From a virus (taxonomy: Duplodnaviria; Caudoviricetes): a stretch of DNA of 56,661 bases. A program made the translations under genes and the position numbers. The notes under the pieces are model-generated. The model was not told the origin of the DNA, searched no databases, and saw only the letters and a list, made by a program, of their open reading frames with translations. Location of the stretch: the IMG/VR virus record IMGVR_UViG_3300043395_002017, positions 1-56,661 of that record. One strand, 5' to 3'. Shown here one piece after another: positions 55,701 to 56,661 of the stretch (positions within the stretch are counted from its first letter, which is position 1; each line of letters begins with the position of its first letter).

Positions 55701-56661
55701 GTTTTGATTGGTACACCGCGCCGTCTGGGTTGCCTTCAACGGGCATGACCCTCAACTCCTCCGGCAACCTCGGTCTGGGGGTGACGCCGAGTGCGTGGGG
55801 TCTCAGTGGCGCAAAAGCTGCTCAGGTAATGAACGCTTCGTTTTGGGGCTACCTGAACAACGCCTACGTAAGCGCAAACAACTACAACGACGGCACGGGC
55901 AATAAGTACATCGCAACGGGCTTTGCAAGCCGCTACGAACAATCATCTGGCGCTCATGTATGGCAAACCGCCCCCTCCGGCACAGCAGGAAACGCCATCA
56001 GTTTCACGCAGGCGATGACGCTGGATGCGTCGGGTAACTTGGGAGTGGGTCAAACCTCCCCGGGATATAGGCTTGATGCGCGTACATCCGGCACCAACGA
56101 TATTGCATTTTTTGCAACCTCAGCAGGTGGCGGGTCGCGCATTTTGTTCTCAGATGGGAACACAGGCACTCAAGCATCTGCTCCGCGTATTGGCGCAAAT
56201 GCAAACGATCTGCTGTTCTATACGAACACTAGCGGCAACAACTCCACCGAACGCGCACGGATTACGTCGGCAGGTGAATTTCTTGTTGGCAGTACCGTAG
56301 TCAACGGAAACGAGAAACTGGGCGTTTATGGCGATCAAAACTCCTCGCTCAACATTCGTGTTCGCAACATCAACGCCGGTTCTTCTGCATCTTCCGCTAT
56401 TGTATTGAACGCATCTGGCAATGCTTGGGGTATTGAGTGCGGTTCTTCTGCTAAGAACAGTAATGCTTTAACGTTCCAGTTGGATTACCTCGGGACAAAC
56501 TCAGAAAAAGCCCGCATCACCTCGGCAGGTGAATTTCTGATTGGCAAGACTTCAACGAGCAACGCAGTACAAGGGTTGGCTCTTTACCCAGATGGTCAAA
56601 TGCGAATGACCACAGATGGGACTGCCTCTAACACAATTATTGGGTTTTTTAGAAATTCATC
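52766..56661 (+). CDS. Tail fibre protein, about 1410 aa once joined to 511-847 (absent from ORF track because it runs off the end)
   Basis: GTG start after aggag: MAGYSRQS...NDEFN...GHKHDG; DAATK.YVD, APGTLDTLNELAAAL and GNLG.G.T.P repeats; frame continuous with the S74 domain. Confidence 0.9.
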   Translation, partial: MAGYSRQSAASIVPTAVVRATPLNDEFNALRDAFVVATGHKHDGTSTEGAYIPLVSDTNARNKVVVDSTNNRISLFINVSSAAVEQLRLIDGAILPVTDNDIDLGSSTFEFKDLFIDGTANIDSLVADTAAISGGTINSTVIGGTTPAAGTFTTVSATVSATIPTATISGGTINNTIIGATTPAAGTFTNLTVNTAATIASAAISAGTINNTVIGGTTPQAVTGTTITANTGFVGALTGNVTGNVTASSGTSTFNNATVNGTLSATLTGNVNASSGTSTFNNVTISGTLNMDGATAATITNLSSPVNNSDAATKLYVDTSISNLVNSAPGTLDTLNELAAALGNDPSFATTVTNSIATKLSLSGGTMTGAIAMGTNKITGMGDPTSAQDAATKTYVDTQRDTRLALSGGTMSGAIAMGTNKITGLGDPTSNQDAATKIYVDGILGSATSAAASAAAAATSASNAATSASNASTSATNAASSASAAAASAAAAAASYDSFDDRYLGVKTSDPTLDNDGNALITGAIYFNSSAGEMRVWTGSAWASTLLTTGAQTFIGVKTFASNPILSAGTANGVAYLNGSKVLTTGSALTFNGTRFSTYVTSDTNTNIARFGVVNSAVTDDAVLDISADAANNLITLNSTGNNAGSFAFQTGNTEQMRLTSTGLGIGTSSPAYKLDVSSASTPVARFTGSANAYVDFSDGTVTSRLQNSGALLFGTTSNHSLLLRTNSTTQATLDTSGNLGLGVTPSAWISSYRALNIGDSGLVSSRTGASINNIEIGVNWFRDSGAAFRYKANGFGTNYQQFDGAHYWYTAASGTAGNAISFTQAMTLDASGNLGVGTTSPGSRLDVVGTGTFSGSLGRVIISSTVQNSYALQVSSTNGTSAQGVDIDSRSPTGVAGNQTALRVRNNTDVWMQIDAFNGNVGIGTSSPATKLQVVGTATFGDGTNGQIRLTSNSSINYLDSLNNAATGWQNIVSRATSFDWYTAPSGLPSTGMTLNSSGNLGLGVTPSAWGLSGAKAAQVMNASFWGYLNNAYVSANNYNDGTGNKYIATGFASRYEQSSGAHVWQTAPSGTAGNAISFTQAMTLDASGNLGVGQTSPGYRLDARTSGTNDIAFFATSAGGGSRILFSDGNTGTQASAPRIGANANDLLFYTNTSGNNSTERARITSAGEFLVGSTVVNGNEKLGVYGDQNSSLNIRVRNINAGSSASSAIVLNASGNAWGIECGSSAKNSNALTFQLDYLGTNSEKARITSAGEFLIGKTSTSNAVQGLALYPDGQMRMTTDGTASNTIIGFFRNS
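56152..56661. repeat. Terminal direct repeat copy 2
   Basis: Identical to 1-510. Confidence 0.97.

Noticed and set aside
54758-56043. Diversity-generating retroelement TR/VR pair
   Set aside because: No reverse transcriptase recognised; repeats are both in-frame coding, nearly identical and not at the C-terminus
1-56661. Stop-codon reassignment
   Set aside because: Core genes are intact under the standard code and the tRNA is not a suppressor

Overview
The window is one complete, circularly permuted dsDNA tailed-phage genome of about 56,151 bp. Bases 1-510 are identical to 56152-56661 and fall inside the tail-fibre gene, so this is most likely an assembly overlap. The architecture is podovirus-like with two arms. 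The + strand arm (about 36.8 kb through the junction to 13.9 kb) carries small basic proteins, terminase, portal, scaffold, major capsid, tail adaptor and nozzle, a ~1410-aa tail fibre with an S74 chaperone domain, lysis genes and large putative ejection proteins. The - strand arm (about 35.5 kb down to 13.9 kb) carries early genes under strong sigma70-type promoters, ADP-ribosylglycohydrolase, a tyrosine recombinase, T7-like primase-helicase, family B DNA polymerase, SSB, exonuclease, ThyX, MazG, class II RNR and tRNA-Thr. The arms converge at a bidirectional terminator (about 13.88 kb) and diverge from a ~1.3 kb non-coding control region. No RNA polymerase, repressor, CRISPR array or reverse transcriptase was recognised. 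The leading candidates for novel biology are: (1) a short [FYM]-x-x-G-G-x-[VIM] peptide tag shared by about ten otherwise unrelated late proteins, plus one protein that fuses it to an LSxGEFV domain; (2) a putative virion-delivered ADP-ribosyltransferase paired with an early ADP-ribosylglycohydrolase; (3) an unassigned structured RNA near a Fur-like box; (4) an rrn-like boxB-boxA antitermination leader; (5) repeated promoter-hairpin-RBS cassettes. All protein calls come from motif recognition by eye, not database searches.
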